Shown here: positions 8,130-14,916 of the stretch, piece by piece
Layout of the letters: the number at the start of each line of letters is the position of its first letter
Numbering within the stretch: position 1 is the first letter of the stretch
Virus record (IMG/VR): IMGVR_UViG_3300022719_000152
Span: 1-22,793 of that record
Direction: 5' to 3' (one strand)
DNA length: 22,793 nt
Source: a virus
Notes under the pieces: model-generated
Databases searched by the model: none
Seen by the model: only the letters and a program-made list of their open reading frames with translations
What the model was told of the DNA's origin: nothing
Translations under genes and position numbers: made by a program

Positions 8130-8629
8130 TACTCTACCTCCGATCGAGACCAGGCTTGCTTGATTCGGAACGAGTAGGTGCAGTCACCAACTTCTTGGAC
8201 CGACACCTTGAGAGAGTCGATGAAGTTCACCTTCAACTTCTCGTTGTCCTTCAACTGGGACACCAAGTGTTGAGCAACACTCTCGACCAAGCCAACTAGG
8301 TGCCGGCTAGTCTCCTCAGACTTCTCCTTCATCTTCTCTGGTTCGTAGACAGGGAAATAGATGGTGACGGAGGCCTGGCACATCCACTGAGGTCGGTCCT
8401 GCGGGGAGCCTTTCATCGTAGCGCGGTCCTTGAGTCGGTTGTTCAAGTCGCGCTTCGCCGACCGCGCAAAGGCATTCTCAGCTACCTCCAAGCTGTGATG
8501 GATTGCTTCGAAGACTCGGTGGTACTCGATGGCAGTGAAGTCTTTGCCGTCCTCCGTGCCCCGGATGGGATCGCTATCGAAACCAGTGATGATCTTGGTG
8601 TCTTGGCTCATGGAAAGATAGCTATGCAC
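8129..8629 (-). CDS. Hypothetical protein
   Basis: Long ORF in the minus block; the start is either GTG 8629 or ATG 8611. Confidence 0.7.
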   Translation of the reverse strand: MHSYLSMSQDTKIITGFDSDPIRGTEDGKDFTAIEYHRVFEAIHHSLEVAENAFARSAKRDLNNRLKDRATMKGSPQDRPQWMCQASVTIYFPVYEPEKMKEKSEETSRHLVGLVESVAQHLVSQLKDNEKLKVNFIDSLKVSVQEVGDCTYSFRIKQAWSRSEVE

Positions 8630-8649
8630 ACTTTATGCGCATGAGTCAA

Positions 8650-8919
8650 TCACCTGATTTTTGGGGGCTTAACTGGTGGTATAACAGGCTTCTTGGGCTT
8701 TGGTTTTGGCTCAGGCGCATCAACGATCACATTCCCAGCCGCATCGAACCGAGCTCCACACAGGCATTTGAACGTCCGGTCTGGTTGCTCCTGGGTGTAC
8801 TCGGGCTCCGCGCTCGAGCAAATGGGGCATTGGATTAGAACGCCCGACCGCCGACATCGGTAGCATCCCTGGCCTTGGCACCTGGGGCATGCTTGCTTTC
8901 CATCCTTCAATCGCATCAT
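8650..8919 (-). CDS. Small multi-Cys Zn-finger protein with Pro/Lys-rich tail
   Basis: CPRCQGQGCYRCRRSG (DnaJ-like CxxCxGxG), CPIC and CLC. Confidence 0.7.
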   Translation of the reverse strand: MMRLKDGKQACPRCQGQGCYRCRRSGVLIQCPICSSAEPEYTQEQPDRTFKCLCGARFDAAGNVIVDAPEPKPKPKKPVIPPVKPPKIR

Positions 8920-8946
8920 GGCTAAAAAGAGGGCGCGAGGCCCTCT
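8920..8946 (-). terminator. Intrinsic terminator-like hairpin after recA
   Basis: Minus strand reads AGAGGGC-CTCGC-GCCCTCT, with the stem end running into TTTTTAGCC. Confidence 0.6.
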
Positions 8947-8949
8947 ACG

Positions 8950-9879
8950 TCAAGCCAGAGCCTCGTAGACTCTGCGCTTGACCTCTTCTCCTAGGGGAAG
9001 GTTTCTTATGAGCTGACCTGTGGCTTTGATGCCCTGGGCCAGGACATTCCCTTCAAATCCTACCCACGAAGCTGAGTGATCTAACACACCTGCCTTCACA
9101 CCCATAGCCACTATATCAGTCCAAACATCAACACCTTCTCCTTTCGTAGAACGGAGCTCTACGAACCTGGCTGGCGGTCGGAAGGGGTTGGCCAAGATAT
9201 GCGCGACCATGGTGTACGTGTCAGAGGTGACCTGGTCACGCGACAGCTCTATCCGCGCATCAAAGAGTCGAGTGATCCTCCGTGCCGCAGACTCAATACC
9301 CATAGAGAACTTCTGTAGTGGGTGAACTGACTTCTTTGTTCGGGCCTGGTTGAGCACCACGATACTCGAGCGGCCGTGCAGATACTCCTTGGCCTCCTCC
9401 AGCAAGATCAACATGGTCTCTGCCCACACACCTGGGTCGTCAAAGTACGGCCGGATGAAGGTTAGGGAATCTATGCCGACAACTAGGTTGTTGTTCGTCC
9501 GTAGTTCATCCAGTGCAATACGAAGAGCAATATCACTGACACCAGCGATATACCCTAGCTCTTCTGGCACCACTCCGAGGCTCTCCAAGTAGAGCCGGTC
9601 GAAGGCCTCACTTTGGATCAGTAGGGTGTTGAACCCATCGCTTTGTGCCTGGGCAAAGATGTGTCCGAGTAATGCAGTCTTGCCTACGGATGGTTCTCCA
9701 TAGAGCTCAGTAACGCCTGATGGAAGTCCTCCACCAAGTGCAAAGTCTAGAGACGGGATACCCGTTCTAGTAGAGCAGCCGTGTTGTGCCATAGGTCGCT
9801 GCTCTAGATTTCGGAGCCCCAAGCCATTCATTGTTTCAGTGGCTCGGTCTACGAGGCTCTTCTTTGTCATCGCCATCAT
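8950..9879 (-). CDS. recA: Divergent RecA/UvsX-like recombinase
   Basis: TGIPSLDFALGGGLPSGVTELYGEPSVGKT (Walker A), VGIDSL (Walker B), VLNQAR, and a RecA-like C-terminal GVLDHSASWVGFEGNVLAQG. Confidence 0.88.
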   Translation of the reverse strand: MMAMTKKSLVDRATETMNGLGLRNLEQRPMAQHGCSTRTGIPSLDFALGGGLPSGVTELYGEPSVGKTALLGHIFAQAQSDGFNTLLIQSEAFDRLYLESLGVVPEELGYIAGVSDIALRIALDELRTNNNLVVGIDSLTFIRPYFDDPGVWAETMLILLEEAKEYLHGRSSIVVLNQARTKKSVHPLQKFSMGIESAARRITRLFDARIELSRDQVTSDTYTMVAHILANPFRPPARFVELRSTKGEGVDVWTDIVAMGVKAGVLDHSASWVGFEGNVLAQGIKATGQLIRNLPLGEEVKRRVYEALA

Positions 9880-9956
9880 TCAATCATTCTCCGGTTCTGA
9901 AGGTAAGTAGCTTTCGATCTGCAGTCTTTGTACCGCGAAATGTAGTCAAATTTTCA

Positions 9957-9974
9957 GAGATAAGGGGAGGGAAG
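9957..9974 (+). promoter_or_regulatory. Putative phage promoter motif copy 1 (GAGATAAG-N6-GAAG)
   Basis: Intergenic, upstream of 10022; overlaps the hairpin GAAGAC-GTGT-GTCTTC. Confidence 0.55.
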
Positions 9975-10021
9975 ACGTGTGTCTTCATCTAACCTTTACT
10001 CAAAAACCGGAGAATCAGCCA

Positions 10022-10552
10022 ATGAATGCACAACAAGTGCGAGTCCTACTAGCTAGCCATCCACATGAGGTCAACAAGGTGGCCAAGAGCTTGAAACTGA
10101 CTCCAACGGTGGCAGTCAATATACGCGAGCGATGGTTTTGTCAGTTGGGCGGCAGGTTTGACCGTGATCAGACCCTTAGTGTGCTGCAAGAACTGCAACC
10201 AACAGACGTGTTGCTGCGCCGAGAATGCTCTCAGTGCAAGAAGACAATCAACTTCAAGGTGGAACACATCCTCAAGTGCTTCCTCAAGAAGGGTGGTTTC
10301 TACCCGTCCAAGTTGTGTTGGACCTGTAAGAAGAAAAAGCAGATCTCCTCACAGTCCAAAGCACCACCGAAGGCTCCCGCATCAAAGAAGAAACCCCCCA
10401 AGAAGAAACCCATGAAGAAGAAACAGGCAAAGAAGTTGGCTCCGCCCGTCGGTGACAGCAACTCACACCTCACTTGGGTGGATAAGAAGAGCAACGAAGT
10501 GAAGAACAAGCCCTTCGCCAACCTGGCCCTCCAAAACCCGAAAAACTGTTGA
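10022..10552 (+). CDS. Zn-ribbon (zf-trcl-like) protein with Lys/Pro/Ala-rich tail
   Basis: Start ATG 10022 after AACCGGAGAA; CSQC...FLKKGGFYPSKLCWTC; tail KAPPKAPASKKKPPKKKPMKKKQAKK. Confidence 0.75.
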   Translation: MNAQQVRVLLASHPHEVNKVAKSLKLTPTVAVNIRERWFCQLGGRFDRDQTLSVLQELQPTDVLLRRECSQCKKTINFKVEHILKCFLKKGGFYPSKLCWTCKKKKQISSQSKAPPKAPASKKKPPKKKPMKKKQAKKLAPPVGDSNSHLTWVDKKSNEVKNKPFANLALQNPKNC

Positions 10553-10559
10553 TTTCGTT

Positions 10560-10577
10560 GGGATAAGAAAATTGAAG
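10560..10577 (+). promoter_or_regulatory. Putative phage promoter motif copy 2 (GGGATAAG-N6-GAAG)
   Basis: Intergenic; followed by hairpin 10580-10605, AAGAGGACGC-CCTAAA-GCATCCTCTT (one mismatch). Confidence 0.65.
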
Positions 10578-10653
10578 GAAAGAGGACGCCCTAAAGCATC
10601 CTCTTTCCCTTCTCCGTTAACGGAACACAACCAGTACAAGAAAGGAAGTCAAA

Positions 10654-11103
10654 ATGACTCAACAAGCATCCGTAACGAATCTGAAAAAGAACAAGACTAC
10701 AACTCGGCGCAAGTCTTCTACCAAGAAGGCGCCATCCAAAGCCAAGGGTAAGACCAAAGCAGAGGCTAGCAGCGTTGTGGTCACTCCCGAGAAGATGCGA
10801 GAGGCTACAGGCATCTTCTACACTGAGTCCGATGAGGGCATTCGGGAGTGGAAGGAGGAGAGTCCAGAGAACGCCGAGGCTGCCACAGCGTTGGCGAGAA
10901 TCCATCGGGAGATTGAACGTAGCGACGATCCCCGTGTGACTCAAGTGTTCAAGAGCATCTTGGAGTGGCCCTTCAAGAACAAGTATTCAGCTCCGGTTGC
11001 ATGGGGCCTCTTGGGCGCTATGGGCATCCAAGTTGCCTCTGACACGTACCAGTCCGGCAGGGGCTTGGTGTCAAAAGCAGCAAAGAAGATGAAGAAGAAG
11101 TAG
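10654..11103 (+). CDS. Hypothetical protein with Lys/Thr-rich basic N-terminal tail
   Basis: SD AAGGAAG; N-terminus KKNKTTTRRKSSTKKAPSKAKGKTK; followed by a terminator. Confidence 0.8.
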   Translation: MTQQASVTNLKKNKTTTRRKSSTKKAPSKAKGKTKAEASSVVVTPEKMREATGIFYTESDEGIREWKEESPENAEAATALARIHREIERSDDPRVTQVFKSILEWPFKNKYSAPVAWGLLGAMGIQVASDTYQSGRGLVSKAAKKMKKK

Positions 11104-11123
11104 GATCTGGCTGATCCAAAAGA

Positions 11124-11156
11124 GTCCCGGGGAAACCCGGGGCTTCTTTTTTAGCT
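11124..11156 (+). terminator. Intrinsic terminator
   Basis: GTCCCGGG-GAAA-CCCGGGGC followed by TTCTTTTTTAGCT. Confidence 0.85.
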
Positions 11157-11177
11157 GCAACATGGTGCAATGGCTTT

Positions 11178-11195
11178 GGGATAAGTAAGAGGAAT
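11178..11195 (+). promoter_or_regulatory. Putative phage promoter motif copy 3 (GGGATAAG-N6-GAAT)
   Basis: Non-coding, directly after the terminator. Confidence 0.55.
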
Positions 11196-11243
11196 AGAAA
11201 TATCAAGTGGAGAGTGCGTGACCACGCGCTAGAAAGATTAGCT
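11196..11243 (+). ncRNA. Candidate very small RNA
   Basis: Lies between a promoter motif and TTAGCT; hairpin AGTGCGT-GACC-ACGCGCT (11213-11230); no ORF. Confidence 0.3.
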
Positions 11244-11251
11244 GTGCTTTG

Positions 11252-11267
11252 GGTATAAGAACTGTAG
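11252..11267 (+). promoter_or_regulatory. Putative phage promoter motif copy 4 (GGTATAAG-N4-GTAG variant)
   Basis: Preceded by GCTTTGGG like copy 3; followed by the hairpin AGAC-GGAG-GTCT. Confidence 0.45.
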
Positions 11268-11508
11268 ACGGAGGTCTTTAGTTTCCCTCATCCCTTGAGG
11301 TGTGCTGCTGATCTTCTCACCGAATTCCTTCGGGCAATCCCATCTACCGTAGCCAGATAACGTCAACATCAACAGTGGTAGAAAGGGGGGACCCATGGAG
11401 TCAAGTGAATTTCCTTTTTTGAGTACTGGTTTTGGGCCGTCGCCTTGGGGCTGCTACTGCTTGGTAGCTCCAGGGCGGCGGTAATCCATCAAAGCGCTTT
11501 TCTTACCC
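11266..11508 (+). ncRNA. Candidate structured small RNA (about 240 nt)
   Basis: ORF-poor unit containing a 21-bp contiguous stem with six G-U pairs (11436-11482) and ending at TTTTCTTACCC. Confidence 0.4.
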
Positions 11509-11540
11509 TAGATTCGTTGTAAAAATATAGGTACAGATGC

Positions 11541-11559
11541 GGCATAAGACAGGTAGTAG
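11541..11559 (+). promoter_or_regulatory. Putative phage promoter motif copy 5 (GGCATAAG-N7-GTAG)
   Basis: About 30 nt upstream of the histone-fold gene. Confidence 0.45.
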
Positions 11560-11589
11560 AACTCCCCATTTAGCACTGGAGGCTAGATA

Positions 11590-11907
11590 GTGGCTCGAAG
11601 CAAAGCCAGAGTGAATGAACGGGGAGAACCCCTTCTCCTCAACAATGCTCAGATCAAACTCTACTGTCACAACGACGTCCTGGAAGGCAATCCTGACGAT
11701 CCTGAAGATATGGAGATTGTGAAGATGCGTCCGACAGAGCCGTTCTACGACGAGCTCCAAAAGCAAGTCTACGATATGCTGATGGATGCCATTGCGGCAG
11801 CTCGCCGTGATGGAAGAACTACTCTGATGCGCGAAGACGTCCCTGGGTATGACCCAGAAGAGGACGAGGACGAAGATGAGGAAGAAGGGGACGAAGTCTA
11901 CAACTAA
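11590..11907 (+). CDS. Bacterial-type histone-fold protein with acidic insert and acidic tail
   Basis: GTG start after GGAGG; helix 1 LLLNNAQIKLYC; KMRPTEPFYDELQKQVYDMLMDAIAAARRDGRTTLMREDV carries the histone RxTxxxxD motif and the Bd0055/DUF1931-like pattern. Confidence 0.8.
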   Translation: MARSKARVNERGEPLLLNNAQIKLYCHNDVLEGNPDDPEDMEIVKMRPTEPFYDELQKQVYDMLMDAIAAARRDGRTTLMREDVPGYDPEEDEDEDEEEGDEVYN

Positions 11908-11926
11908 ACCAAAACCGGAGAATCAA

Positions 11927-12115
11927 ATGCACATTTGCCCAAACTGTGTGATGGCCGTCCTGATGGCGTTGCCCTTTGTAGGAACGGTAGCACATGCCGT
12001 CTACCACTGGGTGAGAAAGGACAGGTCTTGCACCAATGAAACACATCCACATCTGGATTCCTGTGGGGACGCTTTGCGTGGAGCTGAGCCGCAACGAGGT
12101 CCAGAAAGCCCTTAG
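11927..12115 (+). CDS. Small membrane protein with N-terminal HxCxxC
   Basis: ATG after AACCGGAGAA; MHICPNCVMAVLMALPFVGTVAHAVYHWV hydrophobic segment. Confidence 0.65.
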   Translation: MHICPNCVMAVLMALPFVGTVAHAVYHWVRKDRSCTNETHPHLDSCGDALRGAEPQRGPESP

Positions 12116-12401
12116 AGACGACGGCCTTCATCGGGCCGAATATTGCCGCGGGTGCTCGACTTTCCGAGTACACATGAGCGGAGGAAGAGTAGCGCTGCTT
12201 CAAGGCGACGCTACCAGACAGTTTCTTGAAGGCGTTGACGAAGAAGAAAACGTCACCATCCACCGAGCTCCTCCAGAGTTCGACATCAAGAGAAAAGTAA
12301 GACAGCCCCCACTGGAATCCCGCTTAGGGAGAGGGCTGAAAGACCTCATGGAGTCTCAACCTCCAATGAGGGTTACCCCCTTTGACAAGGAAGACCGATG
12401 A
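12036..12401 (+). CDS. Hypothetical protein
   Basis: Track ORF with AAAGGA upstream; ATGA coupling downstream. Confidence 0.6.
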   Translation: MKHIHIWIPVGTLCVELSRNEVQKALRDDGLHRAEYCRGCSTFRVHMSGGRVALLQGDATRQFLEGVDEEENVTIHRAPPEFDIKRKVRQPPLESRLGRGLKDLMESQPPMRVTPFDKEDR

Positions 12402-12562
12402 TCACAGAGGAAAAGCTACGAGAGCTTTTGAACGAGCTAGAGCATTTACGAAGACAGCGCGATGAGCTACAGCGCTGCAACAACGAATATTTAGAAAGGG
12501 CGCGCAAGGCCGAGGAGTTGGTAAATCAGTGTGAAACCGGAGCTGTAGATGGATCCGAATGA
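12398..12562 (+). CDS. Small coiled-coil protein (54 aa)
   Basis: Below the track cutoff: MITEEKLRELLNELEHLRRQRDELQRCNNEYLERARKAEELVNQCETGAVDGSE; SD AAGGAAG; ATGA overlap. Confidence 0.7.
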   Translation: MITEEKLRELLNELEHLRRQRDELQRCNNEYLERARKAEELVNQCETGAVDGSE

Positions 12563-12767
12563 TTACTGCGCACAACATAGGCATCAACATCCCTGCAGCT
12601 ACTGCATCGAGAACCTCATTGAGGATGTCGAAGAGGCTCACAACCTACTAGACACCGCCAATATCCCAAGGCGCCGCCGAGGGAAGATAGATCTCACTTT
12701 GGGCGGTAGGTTGCGAATGTTATTCGAGAGGGATGCGCGTTCACTTTCTGAGATGCGAACTTCTTAG
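12549..12767 (+). CDS. Hypothetical protein with Cys/His cluster
   Basis: SD GGAG; CAQHRHQHPCSYC. Confidence 0.65.
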   Translation: MDPNDYCAQHRHQHPCSYCIENLIEDVEEAHNLLDTANIPRRRRGKIDLTLGGRLRMLFERDARSLSEMRTS

Positions 12768-12776
12768 GAGAACTCA

Positions 12777-12905
12777 ATGACACAACTAGAAACTACTGGG
12801 ACCTGCTCTAACCGGGTCCTGATGGCAGGGTGTTCCTTCACCACCAAGGCAATCGGCTGGATCGTTCCTTTGGTCGCTTTCGTGGTGGTGGTGGCGGTAT
12901 GTTGA
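12777..12905 (+). CDS. Small membrane peptide (42 aa)
   Basis: SD TAGGAG; C-terminal hydrophobic IGWIVPLVAFVVVVAVC. Confidence 0.55.
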   Translation: MTQLETTGTCSNRVLMAGCSFTTKAIGWIVPLVAFVVVVAVC

Positions 12906-13531
12906 GGGCCATCTTTGACCAATTTACTTGCCCACCTCTCCATCACCTGACTGCGGCTGCTGACAGGATTAATGGCACCGTTGCCTACGATGGATTGTGT
13001 TGGACGGTGGAGATTCCCATTGAAACCAATGAGGCGCTCGAAGAGATTCTGTTGGAGGCGAATATTCGAGCAAATCTTCGGGATAAGAAAGTTGAAGCAA
13101 CTCAACCAGCTATTACCGAGGAAATTCACCATGGAAACAGAATTGCAGCAAAACAAGCCAGTCGCCCTCATCATGGACGACAACGAGTTCATGCGTCGAG
13201 CATTGAAGCGGATGCTCAGGGCGGACTTCGAGGTCTTGCTCGCGCCGAACCCAGAGGAAGCTCTGTCTTCCTTGGAGAAGGCGGAAGTGGTCTTATCAGC
13301 GTGGCGACCGAACTTGGACTCTTTCCAGAAGTTTTTAGACACTGTGAATGGGAAACCGATGCTGGTGATGACCACCTTCCCGGAGCGAGTTCCGGCAAAG
13401 TGGCCCACCGTACAAAAGCCCTTCCTGTGTCAGGAGCTTCTAGAGCCTCTTCACCTGGCGGTGAGGAACAAAGAGCTTCAGTTCACGCAGACGATGAAGT
13501 GCCCGAATTGCGACGAAGAGTCGCTACATAA
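12899..13531 (+). CDS. Possible hypothetical protein; only the first ~70 aa look genuine and the tail overlaps the receiver gene
   Basis: ATG 12899 overlaps the upstream stop (ATGTTGA); MLRAIFDQFTCPPL...WTVEIPIETNEALEEILLEANI. Confidence 0.35.
   Translation: MLRAIFDQFTCPPLHHLTAAADRINGTVAYDGLCWTVEIPIETNEALEEILLEANIRANLRDKKVEATQPAITEEIHHGNRIAAKQASRPHHGRQRVHASSIEADAQGGLRGLARAEPRGSSVFLGEGGSGLISVATELGLFPEVFRHCEWETDAGDDHLPGASSGKVAHRTKALPVSGASRASSPGGEEQRASVHADDEVPELRRRVAT
13080..13097 (+). promoter_or_regulatory. Putative phage promoter motif copy 6 (GGGATAAG-N6-GAAG)
   Basis: About 33 nt upstream of ATG 13131. Confidence 0.6.
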
Positions 13532-13586
13532 AGTCAGGAATGACTTTTGGGTGTGTTCGTCCTGCGAGTACACTGACCAGCGATAG
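13131..13586 (+). CDS. Aspartate-less response-regulator receiver domain fused to a C-terminal Zn ribbon
   Basis: Start ATG 13131 after GAGGA; ALIMDDN, VVLSAW (acceptor Asp position is Ala), LVMTT, QKPF; then CPNC...CSSC. Confidence 0.8.
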   Translation: METELQQNKPVALIMDDNEFMRRALKRMLRADFEVLLAPNPEEALSSLEKAEVVLSAWRPNLDSFQKFLDTVNGKPMLVMTTFPERVPAKWPTVQKPFLCQELLEPLHLAVRNKELQFTQTMKCPNCDEESLHKVRNDFWVCSSCEYTDQR

Positions 13587-13591
13587 CTTAG

Positions 13592-13628
13592 AAGGCCCCC
13601 GCTAACCACGGGGGCCTTTTCTTTTACC
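13592..13628 (+). terminator. Intrinsic terminator
   Basis: AAGGCCCCCG-CTAACCA-CGGGGGCCTT followed by TTCTTTTACC. Confidence 0.85.
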
Positions 13629-13646
13629 AAAACACCGGAGAACCCA

Positions 13647-14102
13647 ATGACTACCTACTACTCAGAGTTTTGTACGGCTCTGCCGATAGACAATGACGCG
13701 CAGAAGGAGTGGCTGATCGCACATCACAACTTCTTCGACACCGAAAGAACCGAGGAAGAATGCGAAGCCTTCTGCAAGCGATTCGATATCGACGACGAAT
13801 GCGAATGGGGCGATGGCGTATTCGGACTCAGGTTTGAGAACGGGATGGCTATCATGGCCGGCGACGAGAGCTGCCGGGCATACGAGTCAGCAGCAACCCT
13901 AATCCACGAATTCCTCAAATGGTTTCGACCAGAAGGATGCCATGGATACGAATTCTGCCACTCGGCTTCTCGTGCCCACACAGACGCCTTTGGTGGTGGG
14001 GCCGTCTTCATCACCGCCAAAGAGATCAAATGGCTCTTCACCAACCAGTGGTTGGAGGAGCAACATGAGGCATTCGCCAAGATAGGCTCTGAGGAGCAAT
14101 AG
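13647..14102 (+). CDS. Hypothetical protein (FGGGAVFITA motif)
   Basis: ATG after ACCGGAGAA; the motif is recalled from other phage/plasmid hypothetical proteins (not verified). Confidence 0.8.
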   Translation: MTTYYSEFCTALPIDNDAQKEWLIAHHNFFDTERTEEECEAFCKRFDIDDECEWGDGVFGLRFENGMAIMAGDESCRAYESAATLIHEFLKWFRPEGCHGYEFCHSASRAHTDAFGGGAVFITAKEIKWLFTNQWLEEQHEAFAKIGSEEQ

Positions 14103-14116
14103 GGACTGAGTATTTT

Positions 14117-14135
14117 GGGATAAGTAGTGTGGTAG
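14117..14135 (+). promoter_or_regulatory. Putative phage promoter motif copy 7 (GGGATAAG-N7-GTAG)
   Basis: Intergenic; overlaps the hairpin GTAGA-GGAGT-TCTAC. Confidence 0.6.
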
Positions 14136-14238
14136 AGGAGTTCTACTCCTTTCCCACGCTTGTCCCCTCAGGGCCCTGTTGATTGACGTAATCTGGCTGG
14201 ACTTTGAGGGGACATAACTATTTCCTCTTGTTTTAGCT
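14132..14238 (+). ncRNA. Candidate small RNA (about 105 nt)
   Basis: Lies between a promoter motif and TTTTAGCT; perfect 10-bp stem TGTCCCCTCA/TGAGGGGACA (14161-14214); no ORF. Confidence 0.4.
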
Positions 14239-14315
14239 AGGCTACTTCAATACACATGACATGCATATTTCGAGGCCAGAGGCCTCACTAACTTCCAAAG
14301 GGAGACCTGAAGAAA

Positions 14316-14516
14316 ATGGCTACACAACAAATCAAGATCAATGAGAACCAAGAAGCCGCACTTTCCCAAATCATCAGTGAAGGTAAAGTCATCGCTGACG
14401 ACTTCGACAAGCGTACCATTGGTGCCTTGGAGACCCGCGGGCTCGTGAAGGTCACCGAGAACAAGAAAGGCGTCTTCGTAGCCCCAACCGCCAAGGGCAA
14501 GAAGTTCATCAACTAA
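14316..14516 (+). CDS. Small winged-helix-like DNA-binding protein
   Basis: TIGALETRGLVKV...VAPTAKGKKF matches the wing pattern LxxxGLV...TxKG; SD GGGAG. Confidence 0.7.
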   Translation: MATQQIKINENQEAALSQIISEGKVIADDFDKRTIGALETRGLVKVTENKKGVFVAPTAKGKKFIN

Positions 14517-14542
14517 GGACGCGCATCCAAAGTTGAGTTGCT

Positions 14543-14587
14543 GACGCCCAGCGTGTTCTCCCTCCGGTGGCACGCTGGGCGTTTTCT
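14543..14587. terminator. Hairpin terminator between convergent genes
   Basis: GACGCCCAGCGTGTT...GGCACGCTGGGCGTT followed by TTCT. Confidence 0.7.
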
Positions 14588-14604
14588 ATGGTGACGGGCG
14601 GTCT

Positions 14605-14916
14605 TCAGTAGTGACTGACGATATAGTTGAGAAGATCCTCCCAGTAGATATAGAGCAGGACCCCTTCCATAAAAATGACGAACAGGGCCGAGTAGAAGAA
14701 GGCCGGCAGCCAAGACCCAAGCCAGCAGTCGTAGAACTCCCAGATAGGGTCGATGACCAGGTCATCAAACTTGTCGAAGGTACCAATCCTCCACAACCAG
14801 GTGGCGAGCCACCAGCCTGCCAACACGGCGGTTATTCTCCAGTCTTCTTCAAAGAAGAGCGCGGCCATAACAGCCACAGTGAAGTCGTGTACCTTCGCTA
14901 GTGATAGAAGTTTCAT
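14605..14916 (-). CDS. Multi-pass membrane protein
   Basis: Several hydrophobic Trp-rich segments; ATGA-coupled to the matrixin gene. Confidence 0.7.
   Translation of the reverse strand: MKLLSLAKVHDFTVAVMAALFFEEDWRITAVLAGWWLATWLWRIGTFDKFDDLVIDPIWEFYDCWLGSWLPAFFYSALFVIFMEGVLLYIYWEDLLNYIVSHY

Noticed and set aside
10490-10507. GGATAAG inside the 10022 CDS (similar hits near 15415 on the minus strand and at 17973)
   Set aside because: Intragenic and lacking the downstream GAAG/GTAG; not counted as promoter copies.
11395-11484. 29-codon ORF MESSEFPFLSTGFGPSPWGCYCLVAPGRR after GGGGGG
   Set aside because: Half of it coincides with the 21-bp stem, which RNA structure explains better; not fully excluded.
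12972-13130. N-terminal extension of the receiver ORF in the track
   Set aside because: The promoter motif and SD point to ATG 13131, where the receiver fold begins.
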